NCBI GenBank assembly: GCA_950097015.1
Contig: CATNEN010000041.1
Location: 2,976,001 to 3,040,000 of the forward strand
Source: Macrostomum hystrix
Lineage: Eukaryota; Animalia; Platyhelminthes
Length of the DNA: 64,000 nucleotides
Direction of reading: 5' to 3'
The notes below the pieces were generated by a model that saw only the letters and a program-made list of their open reading frames with translations, was not told where the DNA came from and searched no databases. Positions 10,174 to 21,529 of the stretch are shown here, one piece after another (position 1 is the first letter of the stretch; each line of letters begins with the position of its first letter). The translations under genes were made by a program, and so were the position numbers.

Positions 10174-13100
10174 GGGTCTGCTTCCTGAGGATGAGGCGCC
10201 AGTGGCCGAAGTTGAACGGCGCTCGCTGTGCAGCTGGAAGCCCTGGGAGCCTCTGGGCTGCTGCGACATCTGCAGCGTGTTCCGCCTGTACTGCGAGCAG
10301 GCAGCCCCGATACGGTCACTGAGCAGGTCGATGCCCTGGCCTTGTTGGCAACGTTTCAGGGGGGTTAATATGTAAGTGAGTGGAAAAGGTCAATGGGTCA
10401 GTGAGTGGTATGGGTCAGTGAGTGGTATGGGTCAGTGAGTGGTATGGGTCAGTGAGTGGTATGGGTCAGTGAGTGGAAAAGGCCAATGGGTCAGTGAGTG
10501 TTATGGCCGGGTCAGTGAGTGTTATGGGTCAGTGAGTGGTATGGGTCAGTGAGTGGTATGGGTCAGTGAGTGTTATGGGTCAGTGAGTGGAATGGGTCAG
10601 TGAGTGTTATAGGTCAGTGAGTGTTATGGGTCAGTGAGTGGAAAAGGCCAATGGGTCAGTGAGTGTTATGGATCAGTGAGTCGTATGGGTCAGTGAGTGT
10701 TATGGGTCAGTGAGTGGTATGGGTCAGTGAGTGGTATGGGTCAGTGAGTGTTATGGGTCAGTGAGTGGAAAAGGCCAATGGGTCAGTGAGTGTTATGGGT
10801 CAGTGAGTGTTATGGGTCAGTGATTGGTATGGGTCAGTGAGTGGTATGGGTCAGTGAGTGGTATGGGTCAGTGAGTGGTATGGGTCAGTGAGTGGTATGG
10901 GTCAGTGAGTGGTATGGGTCAGTGAGTGGTATGGGTCAGTGAGTGGTATGGGTCAGTGAGTGGTATGGGTCAGTGAGTGTTATGGGTCAGTGAGTGTTAT
11001 GGGTCAGTGAGTGTTATGGGTCAGTGAGTGGTATGGGTCAGTGAGTGGTATGGGTCAGTGAGTGTTATGGGTCAGTGAGTGGAAAAGGCCAATGGGTCAG
11101 TGAGTGTTATGGGTCAGTGAGTGTTATGGGTCAGTGATTGGTATGGGTCAGTGAGTGGTATGGGTCAGTGAGTGGTATGGGTCAGTGAGTGTTATGGGTC
11201 AGTGAGTGTTATGGGTCAGTGAGTGTTATGGGTCAGTGAGTGTTATGGGTCAGTGAGTGGTATGGGTCAGTGAGTGGTATGGGTCAGTGAGTGGAAAAGG
11301 CCAATGGGTCAGTGAGTGTTATGGCCGGGTCAGTGAGTGTTATGGGTCAGTGAGTGGTATGGGTCAGTGAGTGGTATGGGTCAGTGAGTGGTATGGGTCA
11401 GTGAGTGGTATGGGTCAGTGAGTGGTATGGGTCAGTGAGTGGTATGGGTCAGTGAGTGGTATGGGTCAGTGAGTGGTATGGGTCAGTGAGTGGTATGGGT
11501 CAGTGAGTGGTATGGGTCAGTGAGTGTTATGGGTCAGTGAGTGTTATGGGTCAGTGAGTGGTATGGGTCAGTGAGTGGTATGGGTCAGTGAGTGTTATGG
11601 GTCAGTGAGTGTTATGGGTCAGTGAGTGGTATGGGTCAGTGAGTGGTATGGGTCAGTGAGTGTTATGGGTCAGTGAGTGGAAAAGGCCAATGGGTCAGTG
11701 AGTGTTATGGGTCAGTGAGTGTTATGGGTCAGTGATTGGTATGGGTCAGTGAGTGGTATGGGTCAGTGAGTGGTATGGGTCAGTGAGTGTTATGGGTCAG
11801 TGAGTGTTATGGGTCAGTGAGTGTTATGGGTCAGTGAGTGGTATGGGTCAGTGAGTGGTATGGGTCAGTGAGTGGAAAAGGCCAATGGGTCAGTGAGTGT
11901 TATGGCCGGGTCAGTGAGTGTTATGGGTCAGTGAGTGGTATGGGTCAGTGAGTGGTATGGGTCAGTGAGTGGTATGGGTCAGTGAGTGGAATGGGTCAGT
12001 GAGTGTTATAGGTCAGTGAGTGTTATGGGTCAGTGAGTGGAAAAGGCCAATGGGTCAGTGAGTGTTATGGATCAGTGAGTCGTATGGGTCAGTGAGTGTT
12101 ATGGGTCAGTGAGTGGTATGGGTCAGTGAGTGGTATGGGTCAGTGAGTGTTATGGGTCAGTGAGTGGAAAAGGCCAATGGGTCAGTGAGTGTTATGGGTC
12201 AGTGAGTGTTATGGGTCAGTGATTGGTATGGGTCAGTGAGTGGTATGGGTCAGTGAGTGGTATGGGTCAGTGAGTGTTATAGGTCAGTGAGTGTTATGGG
12301 TCAGTGAGTGTTATGGGTCAGTGAGTGTTATGGGTCAGTGAGTGGTATGGGTCAGTGAGTGGTATGGGTCAGTGAGTGGAAAAGGCCAATGGGTCAGTGA
12401 GTGTTATGGCCGGGTCAGTGAGTGTTATGGGTCAGTGAGTGGTATGGGTCAGTGAGTGGTATGGGTCAGTGAGTGTTATGGGTCAGTGAGTGGAATGGGT
12501 CAGTGAGTGGTATGGGTCAGTGAGTGTTATGGGTCAGTGAGTGGAAAAGGCCAATGGGTCAGTGAGTGTTATGGGTCAGTGAGTGGTATGGGTCAGTGAG
12601 TGGTATGGGTCAGTGAGTGGTATGGGTCAGTGAGTGTTATGGGTCAGTGAGTGGAATGGGTCAGTGAGTGTTATGGGTCAGTGAGTGGTATGAGTCAGTG
12701 AGTGGTATTTGTCAGTGAGTCGGAGTTTTAAACCAATGGAGCAGGTAAGTATCTAAGTAGAATCGCAGGTGAAAATTGCTCCTTGGGGCTGTGACTTGAG
12801 TGTTTGCACATGAGTCGATACTTCATACCTCGTGTTGATCCTGAGAGTTCAGTAAGTACGTACACGAGAATGAAAGATTAGAAATAGAAAAGCGCCATCA
12901 GTTGTATTCCCATGCCAACCGGTTTTTGCTGAGGTGACCACACTGAAGCAGCACTCCAGGCGATTCTGGTAGGACTCGATGGAGCTCAATAAAACTCCAT
13001 CTGCGTGTGGCGAGTCACCCTTGTTGAGCACCAGGATCATCTGGGCTAAGGAAGTGCGAATGAGTCGATTGACGATGTTATCAAACTCATGCAACTTAAT

Positions 13101-14241
13101 TATACTTAACCTGCTGGACTGAGGCATCCACGGACACCCAACCCAGCATCCCCAGACACTCACCCAAGCAACCCCCGACACTCACCCCAGAAACCCCGGA
13201 CACTCAACCCAGCATCCCCGGACACCCAACCCAGCAACCCCGGACACTCACCCCAGCATACCCGGACAGAAAACCCAGCATCCCAAGACACCCAACCCAG
13301 CATCCCTTTACACTCACCCCAGCGTCCCCGGACACCCAACCCAGCAACCCCGGACACTCACCCCAGCAACCCCGGACACTCACCCCAGCATACCCGGACA
13401 CTCACCCCAGCATACCCGGACACTCACCACAGCATACCCGGACACCCAACCCAGCATCCCTTTACACTCACCACAGCATACCCGGACACCCAACCCAGCA
13501 TCCCTTTACACTCACCCCAGCATACCCGGACACCTAACCCAGCATCCCTGGACACTCACCCCAGCATCCCCGGACACTCACCCCAGCGTCCCCGGACACC
13601 CAACCCAGCATCCCCAGACACTCAAACCACCCTAGGCACGCACCTCTAGGCGCATAGAACGCGGCGCTGTCCCGCCAGTTCTGCAGGCTCTGCACGGACC
13701 GGCTGTCAGTGACGTCAGCAACCAGCAGTACGCAGGCGGCGTCTCTGTAGTAGCTGACAGTGAGCGACTTGTTATCAAAGCGCTCCATTCCGCAGGTGTC
13801 CATCAGCTGGATCTGTCAAGCAATGAGGGCTGTATTAAGTTACGGAGTCCTCATTCCTAATCAGTCTGCTAAGTTGCATCTCATTCCGTGTCGCTAGACT
13901 GTGCACTTAGATTAGCTATCAAGATTCTAAAACTAAACTCACTCGATCATGAGTCATACAGTATTCTGGTCGCATACTACACATCATTGTCTAGTCTAGT
14001 CTTTGATCATTGTGTCGGATACACAGACGGCTTACTCTGTGGATGTGCCGGACAGGATGAGAACTCGGATATAACTCACTTTTGCCCCATTCGGCAGCCG
14101 CACGACACCGGAGCTCCTGGAGGATCCTGGAGTAGTGCCGGTGAGCCGCTGGAAAAGACTGGTCTTGCCAACTCCGAAGTTGCCCGCTAGCACGGCAACG
14201 GCGAGTCGCACCTTAACAGGTCCGATTGATTCTGGTTGCAT
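10159..14241 (-). CDS. Atypical Rab-like small GTPase, 4 exons, 212 aa, C-terminal CGC
   Basis: Exons 14241-14080, 13812-13644, 13045-12920 and 10340-10159 total 639 nt with consistent phases. G1 GNFGVGKT, G3 DTCGMERF, G4 NKGD, G5 TSAKTG joined to QGIDLL, ends PGCGC*. The exon-3 donor (gttggc) is weak. Confidence 0.85.
10376..12720. repeat. 17-bp minisatellite (TGGGTCAGTGAGTG[G/T]TA), about 2.3 kb, Rab intron 3
   Basis: About 135 units with a recurrent GTGGAAAAGGCCAA variant. Confidence 0.97.
13125..13625. repeat. About 22-bp minisatellite in Rab intron 2
   Basis: Units such as CCCGGACACTCACCCCAGCATA and GGACACCCAACCCAGCATC. Confidence 0.93.
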
Positions 14242-15600
14242 GGTTTCGGACCCCTCTGTAGTTTTCTTTATTCATGCAAGAGTGAGTTTAAATAAAGCTT
14301 CGCGATACTGCTTAAGACTGCTCAGGGGTAAGCTGCAGTGCCAGGTGCGCAGCAGTTGCAGCTAGTAAGTTTATCTCGCCCAACCTGACCATGCACTGAG
14401 GCCTGCCCTTCACACGATTGCATTCCACCTTTCGCTGCCGCTTATCGTTGTGCATGCAGAGAGCAGAACTTTAAATTAGATCATGTCCTTACTCTATAGT
14501 TTCTGCAATTTTTAAGGCCATACTTTCTTCTGCGTTACGTGTCAAAAACTGAGCTATATAAAATTTACCTATACGAGCTAAAACCTATGAGACGCATCAG
14601 ATCAGATTTGAACTTCCCGTTCGGTTCGGGTCCTCCAGCGGCTTGCCGCCACTCAATATTTTGCTGCTTTTCAGAACGGATTAACGTAGCAAACTTATGG
14701 GAACGCTGAGAAAGCATGCTGAGAACCGCTGTTCAAAACTTCAAAAGTTTCCTGGCCTGGTGCTGGCCTAAGCAGCCAATTCAAGTGATATAGTTAGTCT
14801 TGTCAATAGTGACTTAAGAATACGAAACCTAGCTCGTACAATATATTTGTAAAATGAATACCAAGCCAAACATTTGATGTTTTCAGCATGGATTCTCAGC
14901 ATAACCAGGAGTCCAGGACTATGCTGTCGTTATTTGTTATAGTAAATGACAGTAAATTGTTACCTTAAAACGTGATGAGTTGTATGATAAATTCGAGTAG
15001 CAAATGAGCTTTGTAAAAAAGAAAAATGATCAGACTTGCATTTTTTATTTGCTAGTTAAACTTAGATTAAACGCTTTAACTTACCCATTTTGTTTAAACG
15101 GTTCACTGTAACATTTTAAATAACGCTCCTTACGTTGATAATGAAAAGCACACTTTAAACACAGTTGTTTTTTGTCTAATAAATTTTAAAATACTTAAAG
15201 AGACGACTTTAATTGGCTAAAGACTAGGAGGCTTTGAGATTAAATTCCGACATCTGATCATATATATGATTTATCTGACAACGTTGAGCTTGTATTCAAT
15301 AGTAGAATACCTTATTTTCTTTGCACTAGTCTAAGCACTTAAATTCAAAGTCCCATGTATTGCTGACGCTGAATTCACCTAGTTTTATTATTGATAGCCA
15401 GTCTAACTTCTTGAGGAATCCATAATTGCACTTGGTGCTGGAGGTCGCATGGCCCTGTTCCAGTCATGGTCTATTAGGTTTTTAAATTATTGTATAGTGT
15501 ATAGTCATAGCTAGCTATATGTGTATTGCCTATACTATATGCATTCTATAACTTTTTATTAAAAATTGACTGCCTAGGCAATTTAATCATAGTAGGCTAG

Positions 15601-16423
15601 GGTGAATTCTGGTCATTTTGGCCATACACAGTTTCAGCCATAGCTGCTTCAGCCAAAAAGCTGTTTCGGCCATAGCCATACATGCACAACTTCCCAAATC
15701 TTAGCTGGCCTTGCGACTAAGTTTTTGCACTCATTTGTGACTTAGTTCATTTCATTGCTCTATTAATGACTTAGTTTGCTCTCATTTGCTCTCTTTTTCT
15801 CTCCCCTTTTTCCTTTTCTTCACGCCTTCCTTTTTTGTCCCTTGGTCCCCCCTTTGATTTTTTTGCACTTGGTCAATTGGTTTTTGCGACTTACCTTGCT
15901 TGGCCCTCGTTTCACCTGGCCGGTTCAGCCGGGTGTTGCGCATGTATAGCCATCGCCGTTTTGGCCATAAGCCAAATGAGCATAATAATGCTACATTTTG
16001 CTACCGAATTGGCAGCCGATTCCATAGCAATAAATGCCATCTTGGACTCGGCAGCTGAACTCATTGGCAATACTCGTAATGGCAAGTGAAATGCGCTCAT
16101 TGGTATTACTAAACTATTCGCATAGGTGCAGAATATTCATGTTTTTACCATTCTTTGTGTACCAAGTCCTCTTCTTTTATTACTTTTATACTGCACAAAT
16201 ACTTTAAGCATGTATTTAAAAAATTTTGTCATTGTTAAAGTCAAGTTTGTGCTTTCCATTGTCACTATCAAATAAAGTTAACAACTCTTAAATAAATTAG
16301 AAATTAGCCATAAGAATGTTGTGAGTTTAAATAAGTATAGGGTCAAACTGGTTTGTGTCCAAAATGGTTTAAGGCCGAAACGGCTTTTGGCTGAAACACC
16401 TATGGCCGAAACAACCAGTTACC
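15601..16423. mobile_element. Non-autonomous DNA transposon (MITE-like), 823 bp
   Basis: GGT...ACC ends flanked by GCTAG on both sides (15596-15600 and 16424-16428). Imperfect inverted subterminal blocks: TTTCAGCCATAGCTGCTTCAGCCAAAAAGCTGTTTCGGCC on the left versus TTTCGGCCATAGGTGTTTCAGCCAAAAGCCGTTTCGGCC as the reverse complement on the right. Confidence 0.7.
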
Positions 16424-17632
16424 GCTAGGGCAGGGCCTAGCCTAGTTTTTTGCCATTAAATTTTTAGGTAATTCATTAGTAAATTAGAGCTTAAGTTAGG
16501 AATTTTTTTCTAAAATTTATATATTACTATAATTTAATATTAGCCATGGTGCAGATGTCTCACAGAAAATATCCCAACTTTTTCATTTTTACTTGGCTTA
16601 CGCCAGCAAATAATTGTCGTGCTTGGCTTATCAATGTCTTTATGACTAAGGTGTATCAAGAAAAATAGGCTTTGTTTGGGTAATGGGTAATTGGGTAATG
16701 GGTTTTGGGTAATCCTCTAGTTTTGCATGTTTAATTATTTTAAGAAAGTTAATTACTTTTCTTTTAGAAAGATAACATTTTATTGAATAAAAAATCTAAC
16801 TTTTGCAAGTGTAACAGGGCTTATCACTCTCAATTAATCTCTTCAGGTAGCATATTACTTAGGCCAATCTTGTTCCTGCCTTCTCACTTAGTTCTGCACT
16901 TATTTCTTTATGTTTTATCTGGTGGCCCTGAAAAGGGCCATTTTAACTCTTAATACTATGCAATTCTTATCTTCCACAGGTCTAACACTCTAATGGTAGC
17001 AACTATTTATAGCACAAGTGGTCTCCTTCTAAGGCTTTCACTGGTATCTCATTCTCAGTCCTCAGCGCTCTCCTGGACTGGAGGGTCATATATATATATT
17101 ATGAAGATGTAAAAGCTTTAAAAAAAGGACAGGATGGTATAGATCATTCTGGGTATACATCTGAGCATACCACTATGATAACTAAGTGGCTTGGTTGTTG
17201 GGTGTCTCTACTTGGTTGTTACTTGTTGAAATATTAAAAAAGTCATTATCTTTCATAAAATAATTAAACATGCAAAACTACAGGATTGCCGTTTATTGAC
17301 TATGATATTTTATAAGACTAGTTACTAAAAAGCAATATATGATTTCTGAATTAAAAATCCCTAACAAAGCCCAAATCTTGCTGCCTTAGATAGGATTTCA
17401 AAAATTTGAAATTTTTAACTTGTTTAAAAAGTTTTGTAGCATAAAATTTTGAGACATGTTTGGAGGTTTTTAAATCTTATAAGTCTTCTTATTTTTATGA
17501 AATTTTAGGGTATTTCAAATTTAATATTTTGTGTAACTTTAAATGACCTATTTTTCATTAACCCTCTTTATATTTAATTTTCCTGTTGTATAAGACTTAA
17601 TAATAGCTGAAAACTTTTCAGATTTTTAGATT

Positions 17633-20600
17633 ATGCAGGCAGCTACTGGTCAAAGTGCAGCTTACTCTAGCTATGACTACAGATATGCAAAAGAGTCTAA
17701 CTTTAATTATCGATCTGACACTAAGCAAGGCCAGACACTTCAGGCGGTGCAGACACAGCAGTCCAGTCAGCTCTATTCCCAAGCTGGAAATCAGCAAAGT
17801 GTAACACAATCACTGGCAGCCAGCAGTAGACTGACTGCTCAACAAGCTTCTCAGGCATCAGAATCTAGATTAGAATCTAATGTTACCTCAGACACCAGGT
17901 TTAATGGTGCTTCAGACAACAGGTTCAGTGGTGCTTCAGACACCAGGTTCAATGGTGCCTCGGACACCAGGTTCAATGGTGCCTCAGACACCAGGTTCAA
18001 TGGTGCTTCGGACACCAGGTTCAATGGTGCCTCGGACACCCGGTTCAATGGTGCTTCAGACAACAGGTTCAGTGGTGCTTCAGACACCAGATACAATGGT
18101 CCTTCAGACAACAGGTTCAGTGGTCCTTCAGACAACAGGTTCAGTGGTGCTTCAGACACCAGGTTCAATGGTGCCTCGGAGGAAGTTAATCAAAGTCGGA
18201 TTAATCAATCCTCAGATGGGGATTTCTTTGCCACTTATGGAACGAAAAAAGAGCGCCGAACTGTGCAAAAAGACTCAAATTTAGATGAAAGCAAGAAGAA
18301 AAATGATAACGCAGCCAGCCAGCAAAGCCGGAGGCAGGACGACAGCCAAGTAGCTGCTGTCATGAGTCTCGCTGACTCAAAGGAAGCAAGTCGTGATCTA
18401 GAGTCTCGAGGCTTAGATAAGAAGCGGGAAGATCACTATGCTCGAGCTAAGAGCAACGAGGAGCGCATTGTGCAAGCAAGGCAGGCAAAAAGCAAGAAAG
18501 AACTTGCGGTCTCTAATCGTAAAAATATAGACAGCAGAAAGAAACAAGCCAGGCAGTCTGAGCTTGGGCAAAATAAAAGAAAGGACCCTCCGCCGCCGCC
18601 GTCATTACCACCACCGTTGCCGCCTAAGACATCGCCGTTTAGGAAGCAGAATGAAGCTCGACTCAACGCCATTGAGCGCAGGTTACCTGAGCTTCAGATT
18701 GCACTGCGCATGCTGCAGCAAGAGAAGTCGAATAACGCCGAATCTCAGACTTCAGTGCCTTTTATATCTGCGCCAGTTGAAGCTTCTAAGAGGCTCCCGG
18801 TTGCTGCAACTTCTACTGTCAACTACAAAACACAGTCGACTGCCACCGATCCAAAACCAACGGTTCTGTGCAGCAACGCACATGTCGGGACTGAAGAAAA
18901 ATTAACTCAGCATCGAAATCAGTCGACCGAAACGTCAGATTTTCGTTTGGGTGTTTTGGATTCTGTTGCGGCTTCAAACGAGCCTAGCGAAAGTAAACTT
19001 AAAGACGCTAAGTCAAGAACTGAGGTTCTGTCAGAGAATAGCTATGCTGCACGTCCATCGAGCCCAAGTTACAGCCCGGACATTTCTGACGAAGAAGTCG
19101 CCTCTAAAACGAAGCCTAATTTAGCACCTGTGTCCAAAGTCAAATCGACTGAACATTCGTCTTTTCACAAGCCACAGGCCAGTCCGGAATCGACAGAAGA
19201 GTCGGAGGTGGAGGACGAAGTAAAACCAAACTACCAGAAAACCGTTCATGCACTAGCTAGTGCACGCTTTAAGCCGGAAAACTCCAAATCAAACGATTCA
19301 GAATCTGAAATTGACGAGAGCGTTTCTTATAAGTCTCACAGTGATCTGGAAGCACCGCCAATTCAGAGCTATCCATTTGATTCCGAGGATTCGTCACCTG
19401 AAATCATCGAGGATCTGAGGCCCCATAAGCGCAAAGACGTTGAAGCTATTAATAGTGGAGAATTACATTCTGACTCTGAAGAATCTTTGCCAGAAATCTA
19501 CGAAGATTTGGCGCCACAAATGGGCACGAATGTCCAAGCACCTAACATTCTCCATGAATCAGCTGATTCGGAAAAATATAATTCAGAAATAGGTAAAGGT
19601 GTAACGCCTAACGCCCATCAAAATGTAGAAGCTCCTGATTCTCATAGGAATTCTACCGTCTCGATGGTGCCAGATGATTCTGACGTTAATGAAGGGTTGG
19701 CGCCTAGCACTCAGAAAACTGTCGAGACACCTTGCGCTAAACGAGTAGATTCATGCTTGGCTATTATTGTTAGTCGTCGTGACTTTTCGCAACACGTTTT
19801 CTCAGACCGCGATACAGTTTTAGAGGAGTTCATTACTCCTGATTATGTGCCAAACGTTTTACAACCAAATAGACGGCCAGAAAAGTCTGAAAAGTTCCCA
19901 CCAAGCGAAGTCAATCTTCCTGCCTTGCTGGACGACCCATTGATCACAGAAAATGTTAGGAAAGAGCACGAAAGACCTATCAACGAGACAATCGAAAAGT
20001 CAACTTGCCGGGTTGTAGAGCTCGAGCCAAGTTTTCGTTGGATGTTTGGTGACAAGTGCGAGCAGACAGATTCTATCTTCAGACCGCTGGTAGACTCCAA
20101 ATTCAGCACTAAGTCAGAAGATGCACTAAAGGGCATCGACGCATGCACGGACGCGCAAGGTGATCTTCTTTCGAGTTCTCTAAGCGCTAGCGGTGCTTCT
20201 ACTATGAGCACAGTGACCAACACTGATACAACGGGTATTATTAGCAAGACAAACTCGCTTGCAAACAAGTTGGCTTTCTCGTCAAGCCAACGAGAAAGTA
20301 ATTTAACTACTGAAATCCTTGAGTATTCGGAGAAGCAGCAGTACTTGAGCGAGATTTCGCGGCTTAAAACGATTGTAAGCGAGTTAGAAAAGCGGGTCTT
20401 TGTGATGGAGACCGTCCGGATCCAAGAATCTCAGACAGCTTCGTATTCGGCTGTTAATCGTAGAACTGTGGGCCTCATGGTAAAGCCACTATGCAGAGAT
20501 GTCGCTATCAATATTTTTATTGAAGACGCCAAGCCGACGCAGCGATCGGTTGGTGTGAATGTTTCCTTTAGGGAAGACAGCAACCAGTCTCAAGCTGCTG

Positions 20601-21529
20601 CTTGTACGATGCGCGCGCCTGAGCTTCTGGGGAATAGAGAAATAGAATCTGGCGGCCTGCAAAGAACAGATAGCTCATCAAGCTCCGCTGCTTCTTTGGT
20701 TTCAATTCAAAGAGTAAACTATTTCCATAGTCTGCGTCAAACTTACGGTATCACTGCAGCTGAGATGATTAACATCATAACGGAATTGCTGAAAAGAGAT
20801 GTGAAAAGTGTTGGACTCCAAGTTTGCATGGATTCTTTGCCGGGTTTTCATGGCAATAATTCATTTAAAACGGAATCTGACGACCTTATTAAAATGCCAA
20901 CCACTTCTGATGGTCTAAGTCTCCACAGAACCTTCGATTCCACAAACTCAGTTGTACTGCATTCTCGCCATCTTGGAGAGAAATGGGATGATGCATCGCA
21001 AAGTACATCGGATTCTTGCGTTGAACCTACTCTTTCTACATATCAAGCCAGTCAGAGCCCTGAAAGTTCGACAGAATCTACCATAGACTTTTCTTACGCC
21101 AGTGCTCGCTCAGATTCCGGTATGCAATGCCAGGAAGAGAGTTCCAACCAGGACTTTCAATACACTAGCGGTGATGGCACTGTCACAACCAGCCGCACGG
21201 TATTCTCCAGCAGGCGAATTGTTCAACAGGGTCTACCTGAGTCTTCTGCTACAGCTTCTGTCGCGATGCACACCGCTACCTTTCAGCAGGAAGTTTCGAA
21301 CAGCAGTGACCAATCAACAGCTGAGCTGGCCTACAGCTGGCATGCAAACCCAATGGATGTCAGGTTAGATTTATTATATTGTTTCTGGTGTCATTTTGAC
21401 CCTCCCAAAATTTCTTGGATAAAGCTCTTTTTTTTCTTTATGCAATGACCCTACAGACCAGATAGAAGAATACTCGATTTCGGCAGCAGCAACTCTGAGA
21501 GTGGGGCGCTACAGTCGATGAGCTCATTT
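17633..21529 (+). CDS. Large low-complexity Ser/Glu/Thr-rich protein (giant exon of about 3.7 kb plus at least one more exon)
   Basis: Stop-free frame from 17633 to the donor GTC AG|gttaga at 21363. Next exon 21457-21529 (ctacag|...TTT|gtgagt) continues in frame. Contains a polyproline stretch, a short coiled coil and SVG-type motifs. Candidate later exons at 22235-22342 and 22543-22603 could not be linked in phase. Confidence 0.75.
17885..18180 (+). repeat. 24-bp coding repeat (SD[T/N]RF[N/S]G[A/P]), about 12 copies
   Basis: TCAGACACCAGGTTCAATGGTGCY units, in frame. Confidence 0.93.

Noticed and set aside
17633-21448. Assigning the gene symbol KANK
   Set aside because: Only short motif resemblance; neither a KN motif nor ankyrin repeats was identified.
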